A DNA stretch of 61,078 nt from a virus (IMGVR_UViG_3300036979_000267:1-61078); one strand, 5' to 3'; positions 19,588 to 29,108 are shown, counted from the stretch's first letter. A program made the numbers and translations. The notes: generated from the letters alone by a model not told the origin.

Positions 19588-20273
19588 ACGAGGTCCACAG
19601 TGGTCGTTATGCCGTCAGTTGCCAGTGTCTGGGAGACCGTGCCCGCGACGCGTGTGATGTCTGTGGTTACCAGAGGCACGGTGAGCCCGTGGATGGCCGC
19701 CAGCGCGTCGATCCAGTCCGATAGATCGCCTTGCAACACATCACTGGCCACAGTGGTGATGGTCACCGTATCGGTGCCCGAGATAGTCTGGACTACGTTG
19801 CCCGCGCTACGCCCGGTAGCTGAAACGGTCAGGGGGTTGCCCGGAACCAGCCCATGCAATAGGGCTATTTCGTAGATCAAATTTGCGCGTCCTGCACTCA
19901 CTACTACGGGAGACTGGACCACTCCGAGGGAAGCCAGCGTATCTCCGATGTCCGTGTACGCGAGGGAGGCACCCACAAGCACGCTCGCCTGCCCTGCCCC
20001 TGTATCGGCTGCATCCGTGCCTGCCAGTGTCCCTGTGACGGGCGGAAATACGACAGTGCCAGCAGCGGATACTGTATCCCCCGCCTCAGAACCCGTGCCT
20101 GTGGCCGATACGAGAATCTTCGCACTGGAAACTATCGTGTCGCCTGCATCCGGGCGGGCCAGCGTGGCCGACAGTGCAACGCCTGCTACCGCCGTGGCTG
20201 TGTCATTGTCCTCCGCAATAGACGCGGTGGCAGTAACCCCACCCTCTAAAAGCGAGCGCAGGAGCAGCAGCAT
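19584..20273 (-). CDS. Hypothetical structural protein with Ala/Thr/Asp repeats
   Basis: Repeated (E/D)xGDT units; internal HGL repeat. Confidence 0.55.
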   Translation of the reverse strand: MLLLLRSLLEGGVTATASIAEDNDTATAVAGVALSATLARPDAGDTIVSSAKILVSATGTGSEAGDTVSAAGTVVFPPVTGTLAGTDAADTGAGQASVLVGASLAYTDIGDTLASLGVVQSPVVVSAGRANLIYEIALLHGLVPGNPLTVSATGRSAGNVVQTISGTDTVTITTVASDVLQGDLSDWIDALAAIHGLTVPLVTTDITRVAGTVSQTLATDGITTTVDLV

Positions 20274-20276
20274 GGG

Positions 20277-20441
20277 TTAGGCCAGCGTATTGAGCTTGTC
20301 GATGGTGGTTTGGGTTTCGGCGATAAGTGCCGATACGCGCTGCATGTCGTCAATCTTGCCGCCGATGTAGGCGGTTGAATACTCGCTATTCAGCGCCGTT
20401 ATGCGGTTACTGGCAAGCCGAATGAGCTCTTGAATCGTCAT
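20277..20441 (-). CDS. Small coiled-coil protein (54 aa, below ORF-track cutoff)
   Basis: Read manually: MTIQELIRLASNRITALNSEYSTAYIGGKIDDMQRVSALIAETQTTIDKLNTLA*; fills the operon gap. Confidence 0.6.
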   Translation of the reverse strand: MTIQELIRLASNRITALNSEYSTAYIGGKIDDMQRVSALIAETQTTIDKLNTLA

Positions 20442-22051
20442 ACCAATACCACCATTTCTTGCGCCACTGTGGACAGGTGCGATTGCAGCAAAACCACGTC
20501 ATAAACATCCGTGCCGTCCAAGGCTGCATAACAGGCTATGCGCTTGCCTGCTGTGGCGGTGCCCGACTGAATAAAGTCAGTTGGCGTAAAAGGGGACAGA
20601 ACACGGTTTTGCACGTCGAAACGATGCATTTGGTTGTACGCCGATGCCGCGTAGACGTTGACATAAAACATGCGGCCCTCATTGTCGAACGGGGCATATC
20701 CGCCGCAAGTGCCGACCGTCAACGTCAACGCACCATCATACGTAATCGTACCCGTCCAAGTGCCCGTGATGCTTCCGGCAATATCCAACACGTCCAGATT
20801 CTGTGCACTGCCTCGGAAAAAGTAGCAAAAGCTGTGGCGTGCGTTTTTGTCGTCGTCAGGCTGGATTCCGAACGACGGTGCCCACATGCCGCCCGAAGCA
20901 TTGGCCGCTGGAGCGACCCCAAAGTAAGTGGTGGACCATGCATTAGTCAAGATGCTGTTGGTGCCGTTGTTGATGGTGGCGTCACCATAATTGTAGGTAT
21001 AGACCGTTGTAGTGCCAGAGCTGCGCATCAGCATCAAGTTCGGCAACTCAATCACAAATTTGGCGCTTGTGGAGGGCGTAACTGCCCATGCTGTGCCCAG
21101 CGTATAGACCGCGCTTGGGCCTGCCGTGTGGCTTGCAATCACGCGACGCTGGCCCACCGCTGTGGTGTTCACCGTGTCCTGAACAATCCGAATCTGAAAA
21201 TTTCTGTATTCGTTTGCCAGAACCGTTGCGTCGCCCAACGTAGCCTGCCCGGTCAGCGTGGCGGCCCCTGCCGCCGTTGCCGCCAGCGCATACCTAGACG
21301 ATAGTCCAGCGTCATACAAGAATGCGCCTTTAACCATGCCTTCGCCAGGCACACAATCAAATGGCGTATATTGCTCGTCAAGCACCATAATATCGCTGTC
21401 AGTGGCGACGGTAACGGGCAAGCCTGTGGTCGATAGGCCAGTCGACAACGTGTTGCTGGAAACTTCAAAGCTGCGCCAAATATTGGCTGCGGTGGTTCCC
21501 GCGCTCAGCATGAACACGCGGCCTGCAATGATTTCGTAACGCGCACCAGTGGCCGGGGTGAAAGAAAATGCAGAGAGCACCCGCAGTTTTGGAGTGGTTC
21601 CGCCGCTGTTGCCGATGATGTACCGTTCTTCGGTTTTGCCCGCTACGGTGTCGGTGATGCGCAACTTAAAACCATACTCTCCGCTTCCGCCCCGGTTAGC
21701 CAACATGTTGACGCCTACCGCCGTAGGCAGCGCGGTCGACAGCGTTACGCTCGATGTGGTGGAGCCCGCTGCAATAACCCCAACCAGGCCCAAGGAAGGC
21801 GCAAATACCATAGCCGCGCCCGTACCAAATGTGCCTGCTAGTGCGGGAGACTGCACAAAACTCCATGCTTTTGTGACGATGTTGAATCGGTTTAGCACTG
21901 TGGAACCTGCCAGACTGTAGACGAACGGATTGCGCGACACATCAGAACGTAAATCAGATGCCAGACATGTTGCTGTTGCAGATGCGTTAGGGGCAGGCGA
22001 GACTTGCGCCCACATCAGACGGTCGATTACTTTTTTAAATGTATTTGCCAT
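20438..22051 (-). CDS. Large beta-rich (possibly propeller) virion-associated protein
   Basis: 537-aa Thr/Ala/Gly-rich ORF with aromatic beta-strand periodicity. Confidence 0.55.
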   Translation of the reverse strand: MANTFKKVIDRLMWAQVSPAPNASATATCLASDLRSDVSRNPFVYSLAGSTVLNRFNIVTKAWSFVQSPALAGTFGTGAAMVFAPSLGLVGVIAAGSTTSSVTLSTALPTAVGVNMLANRGGSGEYGFKLRITDTVAGKTEERYIIGNSGGTTPKLRVLSAFSFTPATGARYEIIAGRVFMLSAGTTAANIWRSFEVSSNTLSTGLSTTGLPVTVATDSDIMVLDEQYTPFDCVPGEGMVKGAFLYDAGLSSRYALAATAAGAATLTGQATLGDATVLANEYRNFQIRIVQDTVNTTAVGQRRVIASHTAGPSAVYTLGTAWAVTPSTSAKFVIELPNLMLMRSSGTTTVYTYNYGDATINNGTNSILTNAWSTTYFGVAPAANASGGMWAPSFGIQPDDDKNARHSFCYFFRGSAQNLDVLDIAGSITGTWTGTITYDGALTLTVGTCGGYAPFDNEGRMFYVNVYAASAYNQMHRFDVQNRVLSPFTPTDFIQSGTATAGKRIACYAALDGTDVYDVVLLQSHLSTVAQEMVVLV

Positions 22052-22061
22052 ATTTTTTTAC

Positions 22062-22463
22062 TCAGGTTATGCGAGCGCGAACGCAGGCTTGCCATGCTGA
22101 TAAGTTTTGACCGTTGACCAGTAGCTGTGCTTGAATGCCGCCAATGTTGGATTGGTTGTTGACGGTGTTGACGGCGGTGATGGTGCCTTGGGTGATAGTT
22201 TCAATAACAGTTGTCTGACGGTAGCGCCCTAGTGACTTGTCGTAACCAACCGGGGCACCAAGCATATTCAGCAACCTCACAAACAGCGTAATCAGCGGGC
22301 CGGATTCGGCTACGGGTATGGGGTTGCTGGCGCTAACGTCTCCGTCATTTACGCCATCAGCGCCTAGGGTCAACTTGACGCGCTGATACTTTACGCCGTC
22401 GATGTCGTCAGCAGCGGCAGTGTCGCCGCCTACGCCGGGGTTGAGGGTAGTGTTATCTGCCAT
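22062..22463 (-). CDS. Hypothetical structural protein
   Basis: YQRVKL..GADG...VSASNPIPV motif. Confidence 0.55.
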   Translation of the reverse strand: MADNTTLNPGVGGDTAAADDIDGVKYQRVKLTLGADGVNDGDVSASNPIPVAESGPLITLFVRLLNMLGAPVGYDKSLGRYRQTTVIETITQGTITAVNTVNNQSNIGGIQAQLLVNGQNLSAWQACVRARIT

Positions 22464-22466
22464 GGT

Positions 22467-22868
22467 TTATGTGTTCGCTGCGGTTATGGCGAAACTGGTG
22501 ACGGTGATCGCCTGTCCTGCCGTGATTGTGCCATCGACCGAAAGGTCTCCAGAACCAATACCGGCAGTTCCCTGTATGTGGCAGACGGTGCCGCCCGCGT
22601 TCCAGATGCGGAAGTGCGTGGGAGTCGCACCAAAACCCGAGGAAGCGGTGCCAGTCCACGTACCCAGCAGGGTTTTCGTGGTACCAGAGGCTGGGTTCAT
22701 CCAGTCGGTCGGAAGGGTTATTGTAGCCAGCAACGTGCCAGAGTCAGCAGCAGCGCAATTGGCGGGAATAGCCCCGGAAAAGATGCGCAAAAGGGGTGCG
22801 GTGCCCGCAGACACCTCGATCTGGTCTAGGCGGGCGAGGTAAATCGAGGCGGAGTATTGCAAAGCCAT
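22467..22868 (-). CDS. Hypothetical structural protein
   Basis: LRIFSG..PANC...GTLLA...THFRI...ITAGQAITVTSF pattern. Confidence 0.55.
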   Translation of the reverse strand: MALQYSASIYLARLDQIEVSAGTAPLLRIFSGAIPANCAAADSGTLLATITLPTDWMNPASGTTKTLLGTWTGTASSGFGATPTHFRIWNAGGTVCHIQGTAGIGSGDLSVDGTITAGQAITVTSFAITAANT

Positions 22869-22876
22869 GGGTGTTC

Positions 22877-23293
22877 CTAATCGATCACAAATACACCGTC
22901 GGCCGCGGTGGCCTCTGGGAAGATTACCTCAAACGGGCCATTCGTGGAGGATGTTTTTTGCGCCAGCGCCACAACGCCCACGGCGCGGTTGCCCTTGGAC
23001 GCGTTGTAGACCAGCCCCGCCACTACATCCTTGAGCGTGGCGCGCTCCCAGCGCACGTCGTCAAACGTGAGCACTGCGGCCTCGCCGTCCTCAATAACCT
23101 CAAAACCCTTGAGCATCGTGCCACCTGCCTTGTATCCGGGGCCCGTATTCTCCCCTTTGGGCGTGTACGTTTGTACGTAGCACGTCAGGTCGGCCGACTC
23201 GGTGTACAGCGCGAGCATGTACCGGTCATCTTCACTATGCACGCCGCGCATGATGTCCGCTTTATACCCGACGCAGAAGCAGGGGCGAATCAT
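22877..23293 (-). CDS. Hypothetical structural protein
   Basis: LALYT...GYKAGG...A.LTFDD..W...LVYN motif. Confidence 0.55.
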   Translation of the reverse strand: MIRPCFCVGYKADIMRGVHSEDDRYMLALYTESADLTCYVQTYTPKGENTGPGYKAGGTMLKGFEVIEDGEAAVLTFDDVRWERATLKDVVAGLVYNASKGNRAVGVVALAQKTSSTNGPFEVIFPEATAADGVFVID

Positions 23294-25374
23294 GCTCCAC
23301 CCCCGCCTGTTTGCCGGTTGCTCATGACGTTGGACTCTTTACCGCCCATGCGGTTGCCGTCCGGTGCCGTAGGGTTGCTTTGGGACTCGCCTTGGCGTAC
23401 CACAACTTCCTGCGGTGCCTGACCCGCTTGGGCCGCCATGGCCTCCTGCTGCCGCTTGACTTCCGCTTGGATGTCCAGCTTCTCGTCGGATGGCACGATG
23501 TCGTCCACGGGCATCGCCAGACCCTTGGCCACTTCGCGCAGGATGGCCGCGCGGCCCGGGATTCCGACGATCTCTGCGTCGATTGGGTTGGCCGTCGCTT
23601 GCAGGAACTCGACACGGCGCACGTTGAGTTGGTCGCGGTTGGCCAGCGTGACAGCGCCACGGGGGATGATTTCGCAATCGCCCTTGATATCTTCGCGGTC
23701 CACGTACTGCATGTTCCAATTGTACTGGGCGGTGACGGTGGGGCCGATGACCTCAAAGTCGGTGTGCATCACGACTTGGCGAATACCCTTACCGGCGGAA
23801 CCCATGAGCATGGACAAGCCGGAAGCGGTGCGGCCTGCGCCACCCACTTGGCCGTCGCCGTACACGTAGGCTGGAACGCCAGACTGCTCATCTGCCATGC
23901 GCGCGAAGTTCTGGTATACCGACATGAGCGGTGCACTGCGGTCGTCTGGCTGGTTGAACCGGATGGCTGGCTGCCCGGAACCCATGGGGTCACTGAGCGT
24001 CTGCCAGATTTTCCACGGGTACATGCTGCTGACCTTGGCGCCCTGTGGCAGCCGGTCGGTCGTGACCTCTACCTGCGGGCCGGAGGCGATACCCATATTG
24101 TTGGCCAGTGCGCGCGCGGACGCGTTGCACATGCCCTGCACGTCTTCGATCAATTCCGGGATGCCGGAGCCCCAGAACGAGCCGGGGCGCTTCACGAAGC
24201 TGGTGCACCGATAGGGCTTGTCACCCAATGGGTCGTAGTTCAGCGTGGCCTTGATGACCCAGCGGCCTACCAGCCACACGTTCGCGTCGTACATCTTGGC
24301 CGTGTCTGGCACCTCGGTATCGTCCAAGCCCCACTCGCGCAGCAGCTTGCCGCTCACACGGCCCCAGAACTCCAGCGCGTCGTACTTGTTGGAGTCGCTA
24401 CGCCAGATGTTGTATTTGTTTTCCAAGTCGCTCTTGACGTACTCGGCGGACCACAACCACTCGGAGTTGCTGCCCTCGTCCAGCACCGCGCGCACGGCGG
24501 CTTCGTCATACCCCGGAACCCCGATGAGATCGCTCAGGTCGGCGTCAGACAGCCTGTGGTGCTCGATGGTGTATCCGTCCTGCAGGCGGGTGATGCCCGG
24601 CTCGACGTAGAACCGGAACGGGTCAACGCGGGCGTATGTGGGGGCCAACTTCTCGGCTACCTCTGGGGCGAACGAGCCGTCGGGCTGCTTGGCCCAATCC
24701 AGCGTACGCACCCGGCGCACGGTAGGGCCTTTGAGAATGGCCAGCGGGTAGGTGGTCAGGTCCGACAGGAAAGCGTCGAAAGCATCAACCATGCCACCCT
24801 CGACGAACTGGTCCGTTATGAACTGCTGGTGGCGCTCGGCCCGGTCGGACGCGTCCTTGATGACACTTTGGCGCGCGTCGTCCTTGGCTTGCTCTTCCAT
24901 TTGCTTCATGACCATCTGGTCGATGGGCATTCCGCTCTGGATGATGCCAATGACCTTCTGGGCGATGGCGGCCGTGACGGTCTGGACAAAGTCCGGCGGC
25001 ATCTCTGGGTCTGGCGTGGGTTTGATGGCGAAGGGCACCATGCCCTCGTCCAGCAGGATGTCCCGCAGCCATGACTCCGCGCCGCGGCACTTGGTCTCGG
25101 TGATCATCATGAAAATCTCGGATCCACCGGCTTCCTTGATCTGGTTCAGCTTCTCCGGCTCGTACTCACCCTTGCGCTGGCGCAGGGCTTTGAGCATCCC
25201 GCGCTCGATGGGTTGTTTGGCGTCGCGCGCCGATTCCCAGCACTTGCGGACGTGGGAGGCGAGGGACAAAATGTACGGGGTTGACTGGCGATCTTGCGCG
25301 GCGCGCTGTGCAGCGCGTTCGGCGTCCTGCGCGTCCAGCGTCCCGTTGGATGTAAAATTGACAAGACCGGCCAT
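23290..25374 (-). CDS. Portal protein
   Basis: 694 aa after terL; GSFWG.GIPEL, ADEQSGVP and RTASGLSMLM motifs. Confidence 0.85.
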   Translation of the reverse strand: MAGLVNFTSNGTLDAQDAERAAQRAAQDRQSTPYILSLASHVRKCWESARDAKQPIERGMLKALRQRKGEYEPEKLNQIKEAGGSEIFMMITETKCRGAESWLRDILLDEGMVPFAIKPTPDPEMPPDFVQTVTAAIAQKVIGIIQSGMPIDQMVMKQMEEQAKDDARQSVIKDASDRAERHQQFITDQFVEGGMVDAFDAFLSDLTTYPLAILKGPTVRRVRTLDWAKQPDGSFAPEVAEKLAPTYARVDPFRFYVEPGITRLQDGYTIEHHRLSDADLSDLIGVPGYDEAAVRAVLDEGSNSEWLWSAEYVKSDLENKYNIWRSDSNKYDALEFWGRVSGKLLREWGLDDTEVPDTAKMYDANVWLVGRWVIKATLNYDPLGDKPYRCTSFVKRPGSFWGSGIPELIEDVQGMCNASARALANNMGIASGPQVEVTTDRLPQGAKVSSMYPWKIWQTLSDPMGSGQPAIRFNQPDDRSAPLMSVYQNFARMADEQSGVPAYVYGDGQVGGAGRTASGLSMLMGSAGKGIRQVVMHTDFEVIGPTVTAQYNWNMQYVDREDIKGDCEIIPRGAVTLANRDQLNVRRVEFLQATANPIDAEIVGIPGRAAILREVAKGLAMPVDDIVPSDEKLDIQAEVKRQQEAMAAQAGQAPQEVVVRQGESQSNPTAPDGNRMGGKESNVMSNRQTGGGGA

Positions 25375-25384
25375 GTTGGGCGGC

Positions 25385-25612
25385 TCAGTAAAGGGCGACG
25401 ATCAGTGTGGCAGTCGCAGCAGTGACGAGGTAGCACTGCACCGGTAGCAGCGTGTGATTCCCGACATCAAAGACCACTGTGCTGGCGTCTTCGCGGTTGC
25501 ACTGCACGGTGACCGTACCGGCGCCCCCGATCCAGAGTGCCCGGGCTACGCCGTTGGCACAGGGAGTACCGGGGGTGACAGCGCGTGCGGTAGTTGCGGG
25601 AGGGACGAGCAT
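25385..25612 (-). CDS. Small hypothetical protein
   Basis: ARALWIGGAGTVTV...LLPVQ...TAT motif; GGAG RBS. Confidence 0.6.
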   Translation of the reverse strand: MLVPPATTARAVTPGTPCANGVARALWIGGAGTVTVQCNREDASTVVFDVGNHTLLPVQCYLVTAATATLIVALY

Positions 25613-25667
25613 GGGGGACTCCAGTGTAATTACCGCGCCATTCTACTACCAGCGCAGCCACATGTCA

Positions 25668-28070
25668 CTACGTCCACGCGCCGATATTGACTCTCTCGAC
25701 TTCCCGGACGGTATTGCCCATGTACGCCCCGGACTGCTGGCCGTCCGCGTGAAGCGCTAGATACTGGAGTGCGTCACAGTTGCTCACCAGCACGCCGTTG
25801 GCATAGTACGCCCCAGCCCCCTCAACGGCTATCGCGTAGACGCAGGCGGGCTGCGCTAATGGCAGCACCTGCACACACCTTAGAGCATGTTTTTGTTTTC
25901 CGGTACTTGTTCGCTTGGAACTCTGTACCGCAAACCACGCACGTGCGCGTTTCGTCATCAACTCCGCTGGCGACTCGGGCCATGCCCTGACAACTGGGGG
26001 AGCAGAACCCCCGCTTGCGGGCTCCGGCAAAGCCGTCGTACAGCTTACCGCACTGTGTGCAGACATGCTGTTGCTTTTCCCGCCCAATCCACGTAGATTT
26101 CCCGTGCTCCCGGTGCCAAGCCAGTCCATCAGGGCTACCATGCCACTGCGCAGCGGCGAGCCGGGCCGCTGCCAGATGCTCGGGCATACCGAACGTACCG
26201 TCGGCGATGCGTTCGAGGGCATGTTGCCTGCTGTGGTCGGTGCCGAGCATGAGGGCAAGGTTTTCAAGGCGGTTGTCGCTGGTGTTTCCATTGTCGTGGT
26301 GCACGTGGTGCTTGGGGGGTATTGGCCCGTTGTGGAACTCCCACACGTACCGGTGCATGTAGACCGTGCGGCGGCCAGACTCCTCATAACCAGCTTTGTA
26401 GTACCCCCGGCCTTTGCGATAGAACCGAATGCCGTTGAAAATCTGAACCGGATGTTTTGTAGCCATGGAGCGCTCCGAGTGTGGATGCTGTCCAGTATAT
26501 CAGAATACTGGAGTGCGTCAAGCGCAACCCACCCCCGTTGTGTGAGTATGGGATGGTCGGGCGTCCCCTCAAGCACCAGCCCGTCGGACAATTCCGCGCG
26601 CACCACGGGCGCAACACGGCTGTGGACCGCTGTGACCCTCCGGGGGCCAATCGGAGTCTCCACCAAGTCCCCCACGCGCAAAAGGTCCACGTCCGTCGCG
26701 CCATCCGGGGTAGCGACGCGCGTACCAGCCACAAAGCAGATGTGAGAGGCCATGTTTTTCTCCGGCTCGTCGTCCATCTCGCCCGTTTTCTTGGCCTTGT
26801 ACCGGTACTTGCCGCGCAAACCCCCAATCAAATTTAAGCACTTGTTGTCCACAAGGAACCCCGCGCCGCCGTCCACCTGTCGGTTGAGGAACTGGTCCAC
26901 CGCCCCGATGCGGGCAATCAGGGAGTTGGTGTGGGCCGAGATAGCCGTAAACCCCTCGGCTTTCAAGATGTCGTACACCGTTTTCTCGTCGGTCTGCACC
27001 CGCGAGCGTCCAGCGGGGTCGCCGATAACGAGTATGGGCGCCCCGGGAAAGTTCTGCGCCAGTAGTGGTTTCAGTATGGTACGCACGAACCGGAGCACGC
27101 CCATGCCGTCCGAGGTGGCCTCGCCCATGACCAGCAGCCTGCCCTGCATGTCAAGCTGCCCGATGACCGCACTGGGGTTCAACCCGAAGTCCATGCCGAT
27201 GAGCACTGGCCGTACCCCGTTCAGTATGGGTCGCAGCGCGCCCTTGGCGATGTGAAAGTCGGAGTCGAACGATTTCCACACGGGCTGGCCAGACAGGCTC
27301 TTGCCGAACTTCGCGTGGATGTAAATATCTATGTATTCCTCGGATTTCCCAGTTGCGAGCGTTTCATAGTACCCTGAAGGAAGCAGGTGGAGCCAGTCTG
27401 CTTCCGGGCTCGTCCCGCTAGGTTGAATTGTCACGTGTGTGTTCGATGGGGGGTTCGTCAGCAGGCCCTCGAAGTACGTGTCCATATCGGGCGGATTCGA
27501 GGCGCCCCATAGCCGGGCATTGGGGGTTCCGTCGTCCATGACACAGCCCATGCGCGGGTTACCCTTGTCGTCCGTCCCCCATTCCGGTTTGTGGGGCACC
27601 ATCATGCCATCGGGGTATCGACCCAATCGGGCCTGCAGGGCCTCGAAGATGTCCTTGTTGAGTTCGCGGAACTCGTCAATGATGGCAAAGCTCGCTTGGA
27701 GCGACAGCAGCCGCCGTACGTCTTGGGCGTCGTCAAGGCCGCGGAACAGCACATCGCACCGAATGTCACCAACAGACAGCTCAAAGCGCATCTCGGACTT
27801 GTAGTAGGTACCCGCCTCACCGTCCGGGAACCATTTTAGGAAGTCGGGAATGCTCGTGTCACGAAGTTGTTCACGTGTGTTGCGTACGAAAATGCACCGC
27901 GAGCGGCGAAAGCCATCCTTGGCCCGGGCCATGTGCCCAGCGTGGTAAAGCAGCTTCACGATCGCGGAAGTTGTCTTTGAGCTGCCTACTGGTCCACAGA
28001 TGAACGAGATGAACTTTTCCGAGGTAAAGAACGCCTCGGTGCTCGGAACTGGGGTGAAGATCAGGCTCAT
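25668..28070 (-). CDS. terL: Terminase large subunit containing an intein
   Basis: Walker A GPVGSSKT, Walker B IIDEF, nuclease GMDFG and GDPAG; splicing restores the motif SHI|CDALQY. Confidence 0.92.
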   Translation of the reverse strand: MSLIFTPVPSTEAFFTSEKFISFICGPVGSSKTTSAIVKLLYHAGHMARAKDGFRRSRCIFVRNTREQLRDTSIPDFLKWFPDGEAGTYYKSEMRFELSVGDIRCDVLFRGLDDAQDVRRLLSLQASFAIIDEFRELNKDIFEALQARLGRYPDGMMVPHKPEWGTDDKGNPRMGCVMDDGTPNARLWGASNPPDMDTYFEGLLTNPPSNTHVTIQPSGTSPEADWLHLLPSGYYETLATGKSEEYIDIYIHAKFGKSLSGQPVWKSFDSDFHIAKGALRPILNGVRPVLIGMDFGLNPSAVIGQLDMQGRLLVMGEATSDGMGVLRFVRTILKPLLAQNFPGAPILVIGDPAGRSRVQTDEKTVYDILKAEGFTAISAHTNSLIARIGAVDQFLNRQVDGGAGFLVDNKCLNLIGGLRGKYRYKAKKTGEMDDEPEKNMASHICFVAGTRVATPDGATDVDLLRVGDLVETPIGPRRVTAVHSRVAPVVRAELSDGLVLEGTPDHPILTQRGWVALDALQYSDILDSIHTRSAPWLQNIRFRFSTAFGSIAKAGGTTKLVMRSLAAARSTCTGTCGSSTTGQYPPSTTCTTTMETPATTALKTLPSCSAPTTAGNMPSNASPTVRSVCPSIWQRPGSPLRSGMVALMDWLGTGSTGNLRGLGGKSNSMSAHSAVSCTTALPEPASGGSAPPVVRAWPESPAELMTKRARAWFAVQSSKRTSTGKQKHALRCVQVLPLAQPACVYAIAVEGAGAYYANGVLVSNCDALQYLALHADGQQSGAYMGNTVREVERVNIGAWT
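25779..26738 (-). mobile_element. Intein (320 aa) in the terminase nuclease domain
   Basis: Cys1 CFVAGTRVATPDG, block B TPDHPI, block F/G VYAIAVEGAGAYYANGVLVSN, then Cys+1. Confidence 0.9.
25822..26466 (-). CDS. HNH endonuclease with C-terminal Cys (zinc-finger-like) modules, overprinted inside the terL intein
   Basis: YMHRYVWE..NGPIP..HHVHHDNGNTSDNRLENL; CTQC...FCSPSC and CVVC...TCSKVC; GGAG 6 nt upstream of its ATG; different frame from terL. Confidence 0.88.
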   Translation of the reverse strand: MATKHPVQIFNGIRFYRKGRGYYKAGYEESGRRTVYMHRYVWEFHNGPIPPKHHVHHDNGNTSDNRLENLALMLGTDHSRQHALERIADGTFGMPEHLAAARLAAAQWHGSPDGLAWHREHGKSTWIGREKQQHVCTQCGKLYDGFAGARKRGFCSPSCQGMARVASGVDDETRTCVVCGTEFQANKYRKTKTCSKVCAGAAISAARLRLRDSR

Positions 28071-28666
28071 GGGGTGAGCCTCCCAAACTCAATTTCAAAG
28101 GCCTCCGCGTTGTGGTGCAGGGCCGTATCGGTGTCAGGTTCAGGGAACATTGTGAGGCGCGGGAGGGTTTCCGGGGGTGCTTTTTGGACCTTTTCGGGGA
28201 GAATTACCCCCTGAAACTTCGGTTTTTCCTCGTTTTCTAGGGTGATTTGGGTGCTTTTCGGGGCACCGTTGAGGCTAATTGTGATGCTGTAACCGGGTCC
28301 AGAGGCGATGTCGGCGGTGTGTTTCGGGGCTAATTTGCCCCAATCTACGAGGTTTTCGAGCGTTTTTACCCTCATGGCGGCCGGTGTATCGGTGTCTTTT
28401 GCCATACGGTAGATGTCGGCAAGAAGGTCTTCGGCCAGCACACGGGCTTTTGCGGAGAAACTGAAGCCGTTCTCCGTAAGGTCTGCCTTGAAGTCCTTCA
28501 GGTACCGCTGATACTGGGGGTTTTTGGCTATCGCCTCGTACTCCGGCAGCGTCAGGCACTCGTGAGAGAGGAAAACGGACAGGGGTTCCCCGGGGCCAAG
28601 CGCATTCCGGGCTTCGGACAGGGCAAGCTCTCGTAGGTTTTGGTCGGCGGCAATGGATGGGTGCAT
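28067..28666 (-). CDS. terS: Terminase small subunit (putative)
   Basis: Directly upstream of terL with ATGA overlap; helical core then ITISL beta strand. Confidence 0.65.
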   Translation of the reverse strand: MHPSIAADQNLRELALSEARNALGPGEPLSVFLSHECLTLPEYEAIAKNPQYQRYLKDFKADLTENGFSFSAKARVLAEDLLADIYRMAKDTDTPAAMRVKTLENLVDWGKLAPKHTADIASGPGYSITISLNGAPKSTQITLENEEKPKFQGVILPEKVQKAPPETLPRLTMFPEPDTDTALHHNAEAFEIEFGRLTP

Positions 28667-29081
28667 GAAATCTACTAAGCCTTCGCAGCTTGTGGAATAG
28701 CGGGGAATGTAACACGAACGGGGCTGGCGGGGAATACTAAATCACGTGACTGAGTAAAAGGTTAGATGTCTAAAGTGAAAAATGGGCGGAAAATTTTTAG
28801 ATAGGGGGAAACACTGTATAAAAACACAGGGAGATGAAAAAATGGGGCGCGTGTTATGGTGAAGGGATAACTACCCGAGGGGGAGGGGGGCCTATGGACG
28901 GGTGGGTGGGGGTACTGCCCTACTATCATCTTTCGGCGCCTCCTCCAACCCCGGCCTGCCCACGGCGCAGCGCTCAACTACTATCACAAGGCTAGGCTCC
29001 AGTATGCGAGTGGCCCGGCGAAGACGCGCGCGACTACTATCACCTTTCAGGGGCCTAATCCTGCGGAATTACGTGGCGCAC

Positions 29082-29108
29082 TTGTCGTTCACGTACCTAT
29101 GTTATAAT
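29082..29108 (+). promoter_or_regulatory. Extended -10 sigma70-type early promoter
   Basis: TG-T-TATAAT at 29100-29108 with TTGTCG 15 nt upstream; precedes the first early gene. Confidence 0.55.

Noticed and set aside
23311-25074. Long antisense ORFs (587 aa here; also 39292-40800, 56169-57929, 2228-3289 and others)
   Set aside because: Shadow ORFs opposite well-supported genes in GC-rich DNA, with no motifs or RBS, unlike the same-strand HNH in the intein.
25882-25894. AAAAACATG(C)TCT near the HNH 3' end resembling the N-extein AAAAACATGGCCTCT
   Set aside because: Only 9 bp exact and A-rich; could be chance, so not claimed as a second target mimic.
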